Of a DNA stretch of 64,000 nucleotides, positions 32,409-46,000 are shown piece by piece. Position 1 is the first letter of the stretch, and each line of letters begins with the position of its first letter. Source of the stretch: Phallusia mammillata (lineage: Eukaryota); NCBI GenBank assembly GCA_965637545.1, contig OZ281497.1, positions 6,634,001-6,698,000 of the forward strand. Reading direction: 5' to 3'. A model generated the notes under the pieces. It saw only the letters and a program-made list of their open reading frames with translations. It was not told where the DNA came from and ran no database searches. The position numbers and the translations under genes are program-made.

Positions 32409-35400
32409 TTACATCACCACGCAACAACTGCATAGACCCGATTTGTCACTAGTGGTGATTGGAAAACTCTTTTTTCGTCGTTTTTTCCCGCTGGAAGTCG
32501 GTTCGTTGTGTACCACGTGATCTTTTGTTTCATCAATTTCGTCAGTGGTATTTGCCTAAAAAATATCATTAATAGTAATGAAGGCACTATTGTAGGCGAA
32601 AAAAATACAATGTTTCTTTGGTTATCCCATCTAATTGGGATATTTTTAATTCGACTGGATAAGCAAAAAAATACTCGTAATTACATTTGTACATAAAAAC
32701 ATCTCAAGTTGCTATTATTAGAGTAATCTTTTGTGTTTAAAGTTGCCTTTAAAATAAACCCCACAGATATAACTTGTGTTTAAAGTTGCCTTTAAAATAA
32801 ACCCCACAGATAAATTGTAAGGTATAGAATCGTTTTTACCTAGGAGGTGAAGTTTGAAGCTAAAACATATATAGCAGGGCATCGCAAATCGCTTGTGTCA
32901 TTATATTGCCATTAACAAATTTACCAATTGTTTCAGCGTTGCCCTTTTACCAATGCATAGAAATTTAAAACATAAAAAAATCGCAGTTAGTTTTTAACCG
33001 GACCTCATATAACAGTTAATAACAATAAGGCAATCGGATAATCGAAAGTCAGATGACCGAGAAAGTCCACTTTTCAGAATCATAATACACGAATCATTCC
33101 ACTCACTGTTGTACAAGATTCGATCCTGGATTCTTGTACAACTTCCTCTATAGTAACGGTCTTTCCTGGTTGTCCGACCCTGTCGTCACCAGTTATCAAC
33201 ATCTCCTCCACCTCATCCAGTGCTGCGTCATCGTCTGTGACGTCATTATCGGATGTGGGGTTCTCTGAACAAGATAAGTACAGAGTTTGGCAAAAGTAAG
33301 TTAAAGACGTTATTTTTTTGCGATCCAATTTTTGCCTTTGTTACGCCTCTGTAATATTTTTACAGCTGCTGACCTATAGTGAGTACGGCAAGAACGTAAA
33401 TTTTATTAAGTGGTTCACAGCATGATGTATGCTTAGTGCAGAGAGGGAGGAATTGAATCCTTGCACAAATCTTAAACTGTTTCTTGTACGTTTTGTTTTC
33501 ATTCATTGAATTTGGAGTTACAAGCTTTTTTAGCTGAACGGAATTCAGCTGATTTTTTGCAATTTAAGTGCCGGAGCGTGAAGAAAAAGCTAGGTGTACT
33601 CTAAACATCACATCACGAAGATAACGAGCGCATATTTAAAACTTAAAGTTAACCAAAAATCGCCTTAAAACTCGTCTTTATGCAATATTTCTTAAGGATT
33701 TACAAAGCGACCCACGCTACGAACTATGATATAGAATTTTGAACCAACCTACGATCTTGCTAAATTCAAATGCATTTGTTTACCTTTCTCTGGGGTTGCT
33801 TGGCAACGACCTTCCTTAGCATCAACAAAGAAATCTTCTTCTCGTAAATCCATATTAAGTTCGCCAAGGTTCTCAGCGAAAGCGTTTGATTTATTTTTCA
33901 TTCCAATCAGGGCGTCTTCTTCTCCTGGGAGCGTCTCCTCCTCAAGTACGACCTCTAGTGTACGTGAGCGGTAAACCTCCCTAGATGAGGACGTTTGCAA
34001 AGGTTCGGAGACACAGGAATCAGGCGAAGTTGAAAGATGTGAATCTTGATGCTTAAGATCGCTAGTTTCTGTGTCTTGAAAACATGATTCGAGGGAAGAA
34101 TCACTATTGTCTACATTAACTTGGTTCTTCTGTGGAGTATTTGATAACATCAGCCCTTTGGCTTTATCTTGGGAATCTGGTTTTTCAGTTTGGTTTGCTA
34201 CATCGGTGTTAGGGTCAACTTGAAATACTTGATCTTGAGCGGTAGTTAAGTTTTCCGCAGAAGGTGATATTGTTTTCGGTAATGTCTCTGCCGTTTGGGC
34301 AACATCTGTATCACTGGTGTTTATTTGTTTATCAATTACATTTATTTTTCCTTCAGGATTAGATGCTTCTTTTGTAGTTTTATTAACCGCATCTTTAGCA
34401 ACTTCGACATGATCCAAATTTCCACCCAAAATATTGTTTACGTCACAAGTTTTAGGTAAAGGATTTTCTTTAGGAATTTCAGCTTCTAAGGATTCAGTTT
34501 CAACTGACATGTCTTGAACCGAATAAAGCTCAACTTCTGTATTGGAAAGGTCGTTCGGGCTTTCGATATGGTCCATAGAGCACGGGGTCACGTCAGGCTG
34601 TTGGTTGGGGTAACTTGAGTTCACCATGGAGCGCAGGATTTCTGACTCATCAAGCGACGGCGGCTTGATATCGCTAGGAGTCGAACTTACAACCTTTGCA
34701 TCTTCGCCAAAGTTGGACATCTGTGAAATATTGCATTAAAAACGTAAAATAATTATTTGAGATTTGTTTAACATTGACAAAATTATAGGTTTGCTTGTGA
34801 AAAGCTATTTTGGGTGGATTAAAACCTGGGGTTCGATTCCAAAAACTCCAAGACTCTCTTCCGCTTCGTCGCGTACTCGCTCAAGCACAGCGGAATCGCC
34901 TTTTGCCCATGCTTCTCTCGTTAAACTTGTTTCTTTATCTCCGGCGCTCTCTCTCATTTCGAGAGAATTTGAAACGAGCTCCGTCACTCCGCCTTTGTCC
35001 ATTTCAGAGGTTGTATCAGTAACGGAGCTGTTTTCCATTGTAGGTGATGGTTCCGCTTGAATAATTGTTAAGAGTTCGTTCAACCCTCCTCCGATAACGC
35101 CTTGGTGAATTCCAAATCTGAAAGAATGATCCGTGAATCAAACAAATACATTGATTTCTGAAGTTTTTCTGAAGTATCAGGATTCAAATGACTTATAAAC
35201 TGAAAAATTTTGCATTGCCTTTTATTTAGATTTGCAATCACCTGCCACATTTTTTTACAAAAAAAGCTAGAAAAGAAATCTTCTGATATCGGAAAGTCTT
35301 ACCAGCTGTACAGAAAGACACCTTTACCAATTGATTCACAAAATTTTAAGCATGCAGCACACAACAACATAATTTTGTCGAATCATTTTCAGTGCTTAAT

Positions 35401-38400
35401 TTGAGAAACAATTTGAGGGCTGAAAGAAACAGTCAAGCAACAAGTGATAAATGGGACTGCTTAAAAAATATTGAAATTTGTGGCTGTCGCACGCATTAAG
35501 TGCATAACTATAAGCCCTAAACCAGCGGTTCTCAACCACTGAGCCATGGAAGCATTTTGATTGGGCCACAGACCAATCAAATTTGTTAGTTGCAAATTTG
35601 AAACAACTAGTTGTTTTCTTTCTTTCATAAAAATCTACTGGGCCGCAGAATTTTTGTGCAATAAAAGTGGGTCACGAAAGAAAAAAGGTTGAGAACCATT
35701 GCCCTAAACAGTTGATAAAAATTTCACTGCAAAAATTAGTATTTTGTTATTTCAAGCGCCAAATCCTGGGAACAGAGACTTACGCTTTAGGATTGGTCTT
35801 AGACTTTTCCACAATATTCACACGATGAGCAACCGGTTTTTCTTTAATCGCTTCGTGGTTGCTTCCGAAAGACCCGGTCATCAACCAATCATGTGTGTCC
35901 TTATGGTCACCTGACTTCTGGTACGGTTGTTCTACAACGTCATCATCTGATGACGTATCGAGTGACGAAGAAGAGTAATAAGCTTCGACTGGTGATTGGG
36001 CGATCGTCGACAACTCGTTGTATACGTCACAGTCAAGGGCACGGTCGAATGGGTCGTGACGTTGGTTTTCGGAATCGATCGAAGAAGAACTTTCTAGATT
36101 TCCTAAACACAAGTATATTCTTAAATACACTATCCACGATTTTGAATAATTTGAGCAGAAAGATCAGAGACAGTATACCTGATGATGACAATAGCACTTG
36201 TCGAAACGTCGTTATATTTTACACAAATATACTGGCTCCGATTTTTCTGCACAAATGTATTCATTTCAGTAATAGTAATGGTAAAGAGTCACACGTTTCG
36301 CAGCATCGGGATAGCCAAGTCTCTTTCGATGCAAGTACTGAATCACACTATGGCAAATCAAAGTTAATTGAGTCTATGAATGTTTGTCTATTTGCATTGA
36401 CTTGTGACATATCAGTTCAACAATAGCAGTGCTTGATACAAAACCAACAAAACAACGTTAACAACGTTGATTACGAAAATTGTTTAAAAAACGAAATGAT
36501 TTTGTGACCCAAAATAGGTTATATTCTTGTTAATGCAGGAGTTTATGGAGTTTATATATATATATAAAAACATGTTAAAAGGCTTCCAATGACTTTTCCG
36601 AAAATTCTTAGCGCACAAAACTGTAAGTCACATCGGTCCGAAAAATTAACCTATATACTCGTTTTTAAAACTGACGTTATTTTTAAAAACCATTTCGCAT
36701 AATCAGCTCATAAATTCAATCTCTCACAAATAAAACAAATATTCTCTCATAAAAAAGTCATAAAATCGTTTTCAAGGCATAACCAAACTTCTAATCCACA
36801 TGTATAAAACACGACCATTCGGAAAACCATAACCTAAGTCTTAGGACCTACACAAAACCTCACATTCTGCATTGAGCCACAATAAACTACGACCACCCAA
36901 CGTGCCAAAAACCAACTGTATCTAACTTGAGAGGCAAAACATAAGTGGTCGATACAATAATAAGTCTTCTTTTAAAAAGCTAGCAAGTGCACATAAGGCT
37001 CCATGGGCATTATATCGGATTGCTCACAACCCACCGGGGAGTTGTATTTTTTACAAACTCTCAAAAGAAATCAATGATGGCTTACTTTTGACTTGGAGCG
37101 ATGGGACGATCTGGGCCCAATGCAATTAAGCGACACCAATCAAGCGTGAACATATGAATGCGGACACGTGACAAATGTTGCGCCAATGATTTAGATGTAA
37201 TTGTAATTGGGGCATAAAAAAGCGTTTCTATTGTATTTCAATTCATGAAAACATTTTGTAATACATAAAACACTAATTTATTCACAATTGCTACGATAAA
37301 TATAGCTTACAAAACCTAAAATAACGCAACATATTTATCACGTAAAACAGGCAACCAATTTATCAGAGATGTAAAAGCAACAAAAAACTTCTTAAATGCT
37401 TTGATAAATGTACAAGGCCACATGCCTTGCAATGCCTAAAATTGGGCAACTTATTTATCACGCAAAACGGGCAACACATTTCTAAGGGTGTACAAACAAT
37501 AAAAAGCTTGTTTTCTACTTTAGACCATAAGGGGTATCAAACTCATGGGGCTTCGAGGGCCACATTGCAGTTGGTAATTATGCCAAGGGCCGCATGTGAT
37601 TTTTAATCTAGTTTTATAAACTTTAACCCGGGGAGCACAACCTTTTTGCTACGACGGCCACAATGCAGATTCTTATATCACCAACAGCCGCCAATTACCT
37701 GCTGGTTTTTGTCTTAAAATTACAGATGTAAGGAAATAGATTTATATTATATGTATAACTGACGCCCCAAAAGCCCAGATTAATTTCCAACTTGATGTAC
37801 AGATTGAGCTGCCCAGTGTGAAGATCAGTCTTAAGTTCTGTAAATGTTTGTTTTATGAATAGCTTCAACTTTAAAAAGTTAAAAATTATTATATTTGGAT
37901 AAAAATCTATAAAATACTAAAATACTACAATTGCTGTTAATTGTTTGAGGGCCGCATTGGAGGGCTTAGTGGGCCGCATGCGGCCCGCGGGCCGCACGTT
38001 TGACACCCCTGCTTTAGACAGTATTTAAAATAGGTCAAATTGAACAATATAACAAAAGCAGTCACACAAGCCAACAATTGGTCGTAACTTACGATTTCGA
38101 AACTGTTCGTTAACCCCGTTTACTCCTCTTATGTCTGAAGCCGACGTAACTGGAGTCCTGAAAGTTACAATGTGATATTGTTAAACTTTCTCAAATAGGC
38201 AGAAAACAATTTTTTGTGTGTGTTGAACAAAAGGAAAGATTTCACCTGAAAGAGTTGTATAACTGAAACTGATAACAGCAACAGTCTATTACAAAAGCAT
38301 TAGTTAATACAATTTGATCGATTTCAAACAAAACGGGTTGTGTGCAAAATGTTAAATATGTGAAATAAGTATGTCACCACAACGCTAGAAACGGGTTCTT

Positions 38401-40006
38401 CTGTAGGAAATGACAACAATCAATGACGTTTCTAGCCTCGATTATAAGGCGTTTTGTTGAAAGCAAACATAAACGTTGTGTGCAAAAAATAATGCATTTT
38501 TTTGTAACAACTGAAAACCATATGATTGTAACTTGATGCTTTGGCATTGTATTTTAGCCATGAGCAGTAGTTAAATGATGCCGGTATTCAACTATAAACA
38601 TCGAACACTTTTTTATTATCTACAGCAGTGATTCTCAAACTGTGTGCCGCGAGAGATTTCCAAGTGTGCCGCGAAATATTTCCTATTTTGAAGTGCAAAC
38701 ATTCCCTCGTATTTTAGGATTCCATGACGAAATACTGGTGTACATAACAACGTTTCCAAGCTCATATGTTTGTTATTGGTAATGAAAAACATCCATAGCC
38801 ACCAGAATAAAGTTGAAAAATAACATTCTTTGAACGTTTTTTTATGTTTACCTGCGAAGTGTGCCGCAAAAGAAAATTGAAGTTTTTTAATGTGTCGCAT
38901 GCTTAAAAAGTTTGAGAACCACTGATCTACAGCCAAAAAACTGCTATACAGTATTCACAAAATAGTTTACCGCATTGGTTCTTAACCTTTCAGTCTTTTG
39001 CCATTTTTCAGGGTGCGATTATTTTTATCGTTTTTTTGTTACGTCACTCTTCTGCTACGTCATACTTGATATTTTTTTTAAATGAAAAAAGGTTAAATTA
39101 AATTATTCCGGTCGTTTTTTGGGTAACGGTAATACAATGTTATAAAAACCACCGGCTTAGACCAATTTTCATTTCCTCCATTTTTACTTGTTTTGTTCAC
39201 TTATTACGCACACCTTCGTAACCCAAACGTGAATGGGTCAATGTTGGGGCGATTCACATTAAAATGTATATTTTCCGTCGAAGCGTCGCCAAAGAGACTC
39301 TGAGCTCTTTCCATCGGAGGACGCGTCCTTCTGTTCCTCCTATTTCTGTTCTTCCTCCAACTCCGGGTGCTCGCCGTGCTCCTGATCGATCCCGCATCCG
39401 AACTCGCGTCATCCAGATCCTCTTCCATACTGTCACGTGACCCTCCGACTGACATCCGAAGGTAACCGGAACATGTGCGATTCATGAATGCACGGCGCCG
39501 ACTAAAACAAAAAACATAAATTGCTTTTAAAATCGTTTTATTGCATAGTTCCAGAACTATTTTAAGGGTCTTACTTTTTTCCCAGCACAACTATTCGCGC
39601 ACTCGATGCCAGTGCAAAGTAACCAAAATAAGATGAAACGTGCTTTAACGAGCCATTGATGGCACCAGCACACAGTATAATCTTTACACTTAACGTGTTT
39701 GGAGTTAAATTGCCTGTTTTTAACACCAATCACGGGACATTTTTTTTACTTATTTCTCCATCTAGCAGACACAAGTATACGACTTATAGACGTCGAATTG
39801 TGCTAAACTAAATTGTAAGTTGGTTGCAAATATATTTGTTGTGACATTTTTAGTTGAAACTGCAAGCGCAAAACACGTCCAAAACTGTCTCAAATTGAGA
39901 TGTTGCGCTAGAAACATAACCATAATTTCATCAAAAACATATGTATGTTTGGGAAAGTATGGAATAAAACTGAAATTCACCTGTAAACTGAATCACGGTT
40001 CATCAT
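32409..40006 (-). CDS. Uncharacterised acidic, low-complexity protein (about 743 aa) with C-terminal polybasic + palmitoyl/CaaX anchor and an FFAT-like motif
   Basis: Exons: 39981-40006 (frame open up to the acceptor at 40032), 39214-39501, 38093-38157, 35784-36102, 34826-35117, 33784-34720, 33107-33264, 32409-32555; all GT-AG and phase-compatible (2232 nt). Ends ...GKKRRKKSFPITTSDKSGLCSCCVVM*. The true N-terminus is uncertain. Confidence 0.8.
32731..32812. repeat. Direct tandem duplication, period 43 bp
   Basis: ttgtgtttaaagttgcctttaaaataaaccccacagata exactly twice (32731, 32774). Confidence 0.9.
35523..35701. mobile_element. hAT MITE
   Basis: CAGCGGTTCTCAACC / GGTTGAGAACCATTG; perfect TSD CCCTAAAC. 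Confidence 0.88.
37526..38011. mobile_element. Non-autonomous hAT
   Basis: Left CA(taa)GGGGTATCAAAC, right GTTTGACACCCCTG with GGGCCGCATGCGGCCCGCGGGCCGCA; perfect TSD CTTTAGAC. Confidence 0.85.
38626..38924. mobile_element. hAT MITE
   Basis: CAGTGATTCTCAAAC / TTTGAGAACCACTG; perfect TSD ATCTACAG; internal GTGTGCCGCG repeats. Confidence 0.9.
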
Positions 40007-42194
40007 CTTCCCAGGATTGTACGATTTTGCAGCTAAAGCGTCAAAATGTTCAGTCGGTCGAACATTACATGCAAGTCAGTCGATAAACAATAAAATTAGG
40101 GCGGAAAAAAACACTATATACGCTACAGGAAAATAACCTGTAACGACAAAAGACTTAAAATAATCCAGAGAAGATTTAGCAGGATGTGAAAAATAATAGG
40201 ATATTAAGTAGCACTGTAGGTTGTGTTGGGTCTTTAGCATACGGTTAATTTTTTCAACGCGTTTTGTTATTAATGGGTAAAACTTATGAGTGTCTTTTTA
40301 ATGACATACATATTATGTAAACTATTGCACATTTTATTATGACATAAGTTTAACGACATAAGGGCTTAAATGGACGTAAAATCGACTTGCTTTATTATTC
40401 AAACGTTTCGGCAATTTTTCATACCATTATCAATGATTTGAGGGCTAAATTAGTTACACTCGTTTATGATAACATACATATCTATAAGAAAACTACTACT
40501 TTTCGTTGCCAAACTTCTGAAATTTAAAGACATATAGATTTTTCTTTCTAATGAAAGACCTTCAATTTCCTCTACGATCAATCTTTCGCTATTTCAATAT
40601 CCCTCATGGGAAAACATTCATAAGCCCTTCCGATAGGATCCTGTGTTATATTAAACAGCAGTCATATAACATTCAATCTCATGGCCCTTTGCGCTAGCTA
40701 AAGACTTTGGGCATAAAAAAGCAAACGAATCTAACTGAAACATAAAATAAAAGTGTGTTATCCAATTCTGCATAGTGAAACTTCTTTCGTCTTCAATGCA
40801 CTATCGACAAGTAAACACAATATCAGCAGTTCAAATCTTGTATGAATGCGTCGACTATATGTCATATGCGTTATCTTTTAGAAGCCTACGAAAATAGCAA
40901 AAATGTCTGTATGGATGGATGGCCAAGCAAGTCTAACATTGAGTTGACGGGTAATAATCAATGACTCTGGAGAAAAGAAAATTTGTCGACTGTCAGTGTG
41001 GCCGCCATGATCGATGCTGCTCTATACTCTGCCCTTGTTATGCAACCCTGAAAAATCGAACGCGCATGTCTTCAATCTGTTGTTGCTTTATAAACTTGCA
41101 ACGTTCTGACTTGTGACACCAAAGGGAAAAATGTTCAACACGCCATTTGTTAGCTGTTGTAGTGTTATTGTGTTGGTGTCGTACTGACTCCCGCGCTATA
41201 TCTTAAATTAGGCTAAACAGGCTAAAACATGCTTTCCATCAGAATTTAGCCCACTACATTTTCGCCATTTAAGAACAGTCTTCAGTCTATCAAGTTTATA
41301 GAGCTCTTCTTGCAATTGCAGTTTTATTTAGTCTATGCTTACAGTTTATTTTTCTGACTACTGAACGAGTCTAACTACAATACAGCCGTACACAAAACAT
41401 CATGGCACTACGAATTGTGAATACAGCGACAAATTTCGCAACAACTTCCGCAAGCCCTGTTAAACAAGCACAGGCAGTAATTTTAAGCAACATTTTCTCT
41501 AAGCACTTAAGGCCAGTTGCGAATAAATGTCATGGGGCCCTTGGCTGAAACTTAAAAACATGCTGTTTCTATAAATATGTATGTGTGCGTGATGTTCTGC
41601 ATAAAGATGTATGTTTACATGTATATCATCGCCATTTCAGGCTACATAACGCCCCTGCCCGCTAAAACAAAACTCTATCAGTCATTTGTGTAGTGCGTGG
41701 CTGCAGTCATGTAATGTCATGCAATGACATAACCCTGCAATGTTAACAGATAGCTACCAACCAACCCATGCTTCAAGTACAAGTTTAACTACTACTAAAA
41801 CGCTTATATGCCTGAATGCCTTTTGTGATTTCAGGTTTTATTGATTACTTTGGTGCAGTTAACAGAAGGCCACAAAAATGTCAAGAGCTTACAAAGCTTC
41901 TCTTAGTTAAACACTATAAAGTCGTCCAACAATTACCTCCTTAACCGTCCCGAACAATACATCTACAGCTACGTGACACAAATCACATTTTCACCTGGCT
42001 GCAGGTTTAAGTTCATTTCAAAGAAGCTTCTCTATCAGTATCACTGTTCAGAAGTGTGTCTTAGCAACTGATTACAAATTATATTCACAGCAGTGTATAA
42101 CTTATCTGACAACGTGTCTTTACTTTGGACAGTATTGCAGTTAGTACAAACTTCTCTCTTGATTCTCTGAACACCCAGTAGGCACATTTGCTTA

Positions 42195-42440
42195 CTGCAG
42201 ACACAGATGTTTGCTAAATAACTGCACGCCTTCGTGTGTCAAACCTGCACTTTTGGTCATGCCTCTCTAGTGGCATTGTGACGTCACTGATAAGGGGAAA
42301 CGCGCCGAACGAACAAAAAGCGCGCGAGTTTTTAGTGCTGCAGGAAGAGTGGCTGTCGTAGTTTTTGTTTTGACGCTGACTTGCGTTGTTTTGGTTGTTG
42401 ATGGCTTGCTTACGGTTGCCTAACGTCTGGAATTGCTCAG
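42195..42440. promoter_or_regulatory. Candidate divergent promoter with palindromic CRE
   Basis: GTGACGTCAC at 42278-42287 in a CpG-rich patch, flanked by a minus-strand donor (GCA|GTAAGC near 42194) and a plus-strand donor (CAG|GTATGT after 42440). Confidence 0.45.
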
Positions 42441-42645
42441 GTATGTCAGAAATTAAGCACTTTGTTTCGTAGTTCTCAATATGGGCGAAATTGTAGGGTG
42501 AGTGAAACGAAACGAACCACACTGTCGCTTAGTTTCTTCCTTATTTCAATTCATTTTTGATTTTTTAACTGTTAATGGGAATGCGTGTTTGTTTGATGCA
42601 CAAGATGCAAATACAATTATTCACTTCTTCAGCATAACTTTAATG

Positions 42646-43031
42646 TAGGCCTACCATATTTCCATCTCCAAAAAGGAGGACACATTGTTGAAAAGAACAT
42701 GAAAACTACTTTAAGGCCCCCCAAAAAACAAAAGCTTCAGAAATTAGACGGTATACAATAGTTTGGATAAAGTTTGACGTTTATCACAACACTAAAATAA
42801 GCTCGTATTTTCAGAAAATGTACAACCTGTATTTTTTTAAAAACAAGCTGAAGATGAATTTTTGGCAGTTTTCAGAGGCATAATTGTCACATATGTAGTT
42901 GGTAAATCAAAAATTCTTTGAAAAGGAGGACATTTGGGCATTTTTTCTTGTCTTTAGAGAACAACTTGGTTTTTGTTAAAAATGAGGTCATATACATATG
43001 TCCTCCGAAAAGAGGACGTATGGTAGGCCTA
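42646..43031. mobile_element. hAT (Tip100-like) MITE
   Basis: TIR TAGGCCTACCATA / TATGGTAGGCCTA; perfect TSD CTTTAATG; subterminal GAGGAC/GTCCTC motifs. Confidence 0.88.
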
Positions 43032-46000
43032 CTTTAATGGTAGTTACGGTGATTTTCGATAATGGTGGAGAGGGTTTTAACAAACTAACAAAGTCCTGTT
43101 AAAGACATTTAAATCCTTGAAAATTTGTGCATTTTTTCTCCAAAACGTTTTTGTTGTTTTTTTGAAACCAGGCATTTAGACAGACAAGATGTAAGGACAA
43201 ACTTTGAAGGTATTAAATAACGAGTATTTAGTTTCACATAAGCTTTGAATTTAGACTGTTTGTCCTGCTCAGATGTTGCATTGTGAGGCCATCGAAAGGT
43301 CATAGAAAGATAAATCGCATAGGCGAGTTTGTTAATTTTTGCAACTATCTTATATCATTTATTATAGTACGTGCATACTATATTTCGTAGTTATATACGC
43401 CTACCTTAAGTTTATGCAGGGAAAGCAGTCAGATAGTCACATTAATTACCTGAATTTGCATAGAAAGCTTATGTAGCTTAGACGCAAACTTGACTGTTTT
43501 TAATTCAGACAAAAAAACTCGTTGTTTAATGATATTGAACGTCCGTTGTCCTAATCGTTTGCAATACGCATTTGCAAGGCTCTCTACTTTCACTGTGCGG
43601 TTATTTTCAGCAATTCGTGATGCCGTTAGGTAGCAGCACAGTGTTCGTCGTTAAAAACGTCACTGACATGCGCAACGATAGATTTAGTCAAATGATTCAG
43701 CTAATATAAACATATCTGCGAGTATTTAATAAAAACGGTGTTTGTTGTGTTAAATACTTTAAATTAAAGATAACCATTTATGATCGAGGTTAGTGCAATT
43801 TCTAAAAAAATAGTTTTATTGTTTCTTTGCTTTTTACATTTGAATGTTAACATTAACGAATCATGTGCTTATAGCAGGCTGTAAACTTCGAAGTAATCCA
43901 CCGTATATTTTAAGAATTTTTTGTTTTAAATCAATACCTAAGATGCTTATTGTCTATGTCAAACATATGCTTTATGCTATTTATCGAATAGACAGTGGAT
44001 GACTTCGAGTTTGCGATCCTTGATAATACATATATGCTGTCTTCATCGCCTAAACATAGTTTTTAGTGGTTACCGGTTACGCAATTTACTACGCATAGTT
44101 CATATCACGTGTTTGACATTCAAATTTCGCCGTTATGCGACATTCTATTTTCAACTGAAAATGACATTGCAAAATTACGTGGAGACAGTGTAGCTATAAC
44201 AGTAGCGATTTCAATGAATTTACAACGCGTCTTTTTATTAAAACCAACATGACTTTCAAAAAATTCAGGACGCCAGGTGTTTGATGCAATTGTAAACGCC
44301 TTGACGTTGTAACACTAAGAGTCGTTGATGTACCATAATATTTGCGAAACCATTGTAACTTCGTGGTCCTGAGGTCAGATGTTCCACTTAGTCATTGTAA
44401 TACTATCGTTTTTAACGGCGTGCGTTGGTTTTATACGTTTTATAGCGTAGCATCGGTTATGACCTTAACCGTAATAGCTGGTATTAAAATGGATTTCGTA
44501 TTGTCGTCTGGAGATATTCAGTTTGATGTTAAACGAAAACCTCACGTCATCCACTTTAATTAAACGTGACATCTATTGCGTTATTTTGAGATGGTTTTAT
44601 AGCATTGGAATTTCTAGGTGAGGGTTTTTGAAGATAGTAATAATATGCCGGTGTCAATTTTGGAGGTCTTTGGTTCAGCGCTCACAAAATCAAAATGAAA
44701 AATCAATCTAGACGTGCATGCGATACCGCAGTAAAATGTTACCACTTCAAATTCCTTTTCGTTTAGCTTGGCTGATAAAAATTGTCATAAGACTTGGTAA
44801 ACTCATGATAAATAATACGTCAGGAAATGAAATCACCCGCCAAATTTGATATTTTTCACAACATGATATTAGGACAAATATATGCATACGTAAAAATATA
44901 TTTTTGAGTCAACATTAAAGCGTTTCCCTGTATTTTTGCATGCAAAACATAGGGGGCTATAATAAGTTTGGTTTAGATCTAACGTGTAAGAGCTTTGACT
45001 TTGCAAGGAAACGTTTGTGGTATTTATGAATGCCATGTTTCGAAAACGTGTGCAGGTCTACCAGGCATGGTGAATCAAGTTGTGTTTTATGTTAGATCCC
45101 GTGTAATGCGTTTTTAACCTACACTTAAAATGAACCCATCATGCAACATTGGATCACAGGCATTCCATACAGGTTTTATTTCTTATTATACACACGTTTA
45201 CGACGATGTTATTTTAAATGAAGGTTAAATTAGTTTCTAGCTGCTTTATTATTTCAAGTCAGTCAAAGGTTGTATAGGCGTTTATTGGTAAAAAAGCAAT
45301 GACGTGAAACTTTTATCAAGATTGGTCCAGTTTATATGACGTCATCAACATCGTAGGTATTCGGTTTTCTGCGCCCGTTGTTTGTATCTACTCCTCTTCA
45401 CTTCTTATGTTGCTCTTAATCCAACCTTCCACCACTCATCACGCCCGGAACCTCGATAGCCATTAAACGTTCCCTACTTGAAGTGGTTATGCATTGCACC
45501 TGCGCTTCTTATCACTTCGCCTCATATCTGCTTTCCACACTTGAGCCCAGGCGTAAACATCGGGGTCAGGGGTCAAATGAATCTCAGCGCACCGAAGACA
45601 CCTGATCGCCTTCTGTTGTTTTTGCGGTACCCTTTTATCCCCCAAACATCTCTATCTTCATGGTGCCGTACGTGATTTATGCTTGGTTAGGGGTTCGGGG
45701 GTGTTGTGTTGGCCCCACTTGGTTTTGTGGGTGTTACTTGACACAACACATGTCATGTTCTCTATGGAAATATATTGGGCACAATTTTGAATGATGTGTG
45801 CTTAAAACTGTAACGTAACTGCTATATGCCAGTTCGCGCTGACACATTTTAAGATGTTACCCCTGTTTACATAAAGCACTACACAAGGTGGATCGTGAAC
45901 AAACGTTCCTTACTATTGTTTAAGTTTTAACCACTATGATTCGTTTTAGTTTCAAATTTTCGAATGAGAACAGGGTATATGTAAGGCATTGTTTTCGAAT

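Noticed and set aside
32731-32812. CRISPR-like direct repeats (also 28090-28150, 59616-59705)
   Set aside because: Only two units, no unique spacers, eukaryotic intron context.
36179-37110. Extra micro-exons (37086-37110, 36179-36246) in the CaaX gene
   Set aside because: Together they keep frame but introduce an in-frame TAA; direct joining of 38093 to 36102 is already phase-compatible. Unresolved without RNA data.
45360-45760. Purine-rich minus-strand segment resembling decayed coding or LINE sequence
   Set aside because: Multiple stops in all frames and no recognisable motif.
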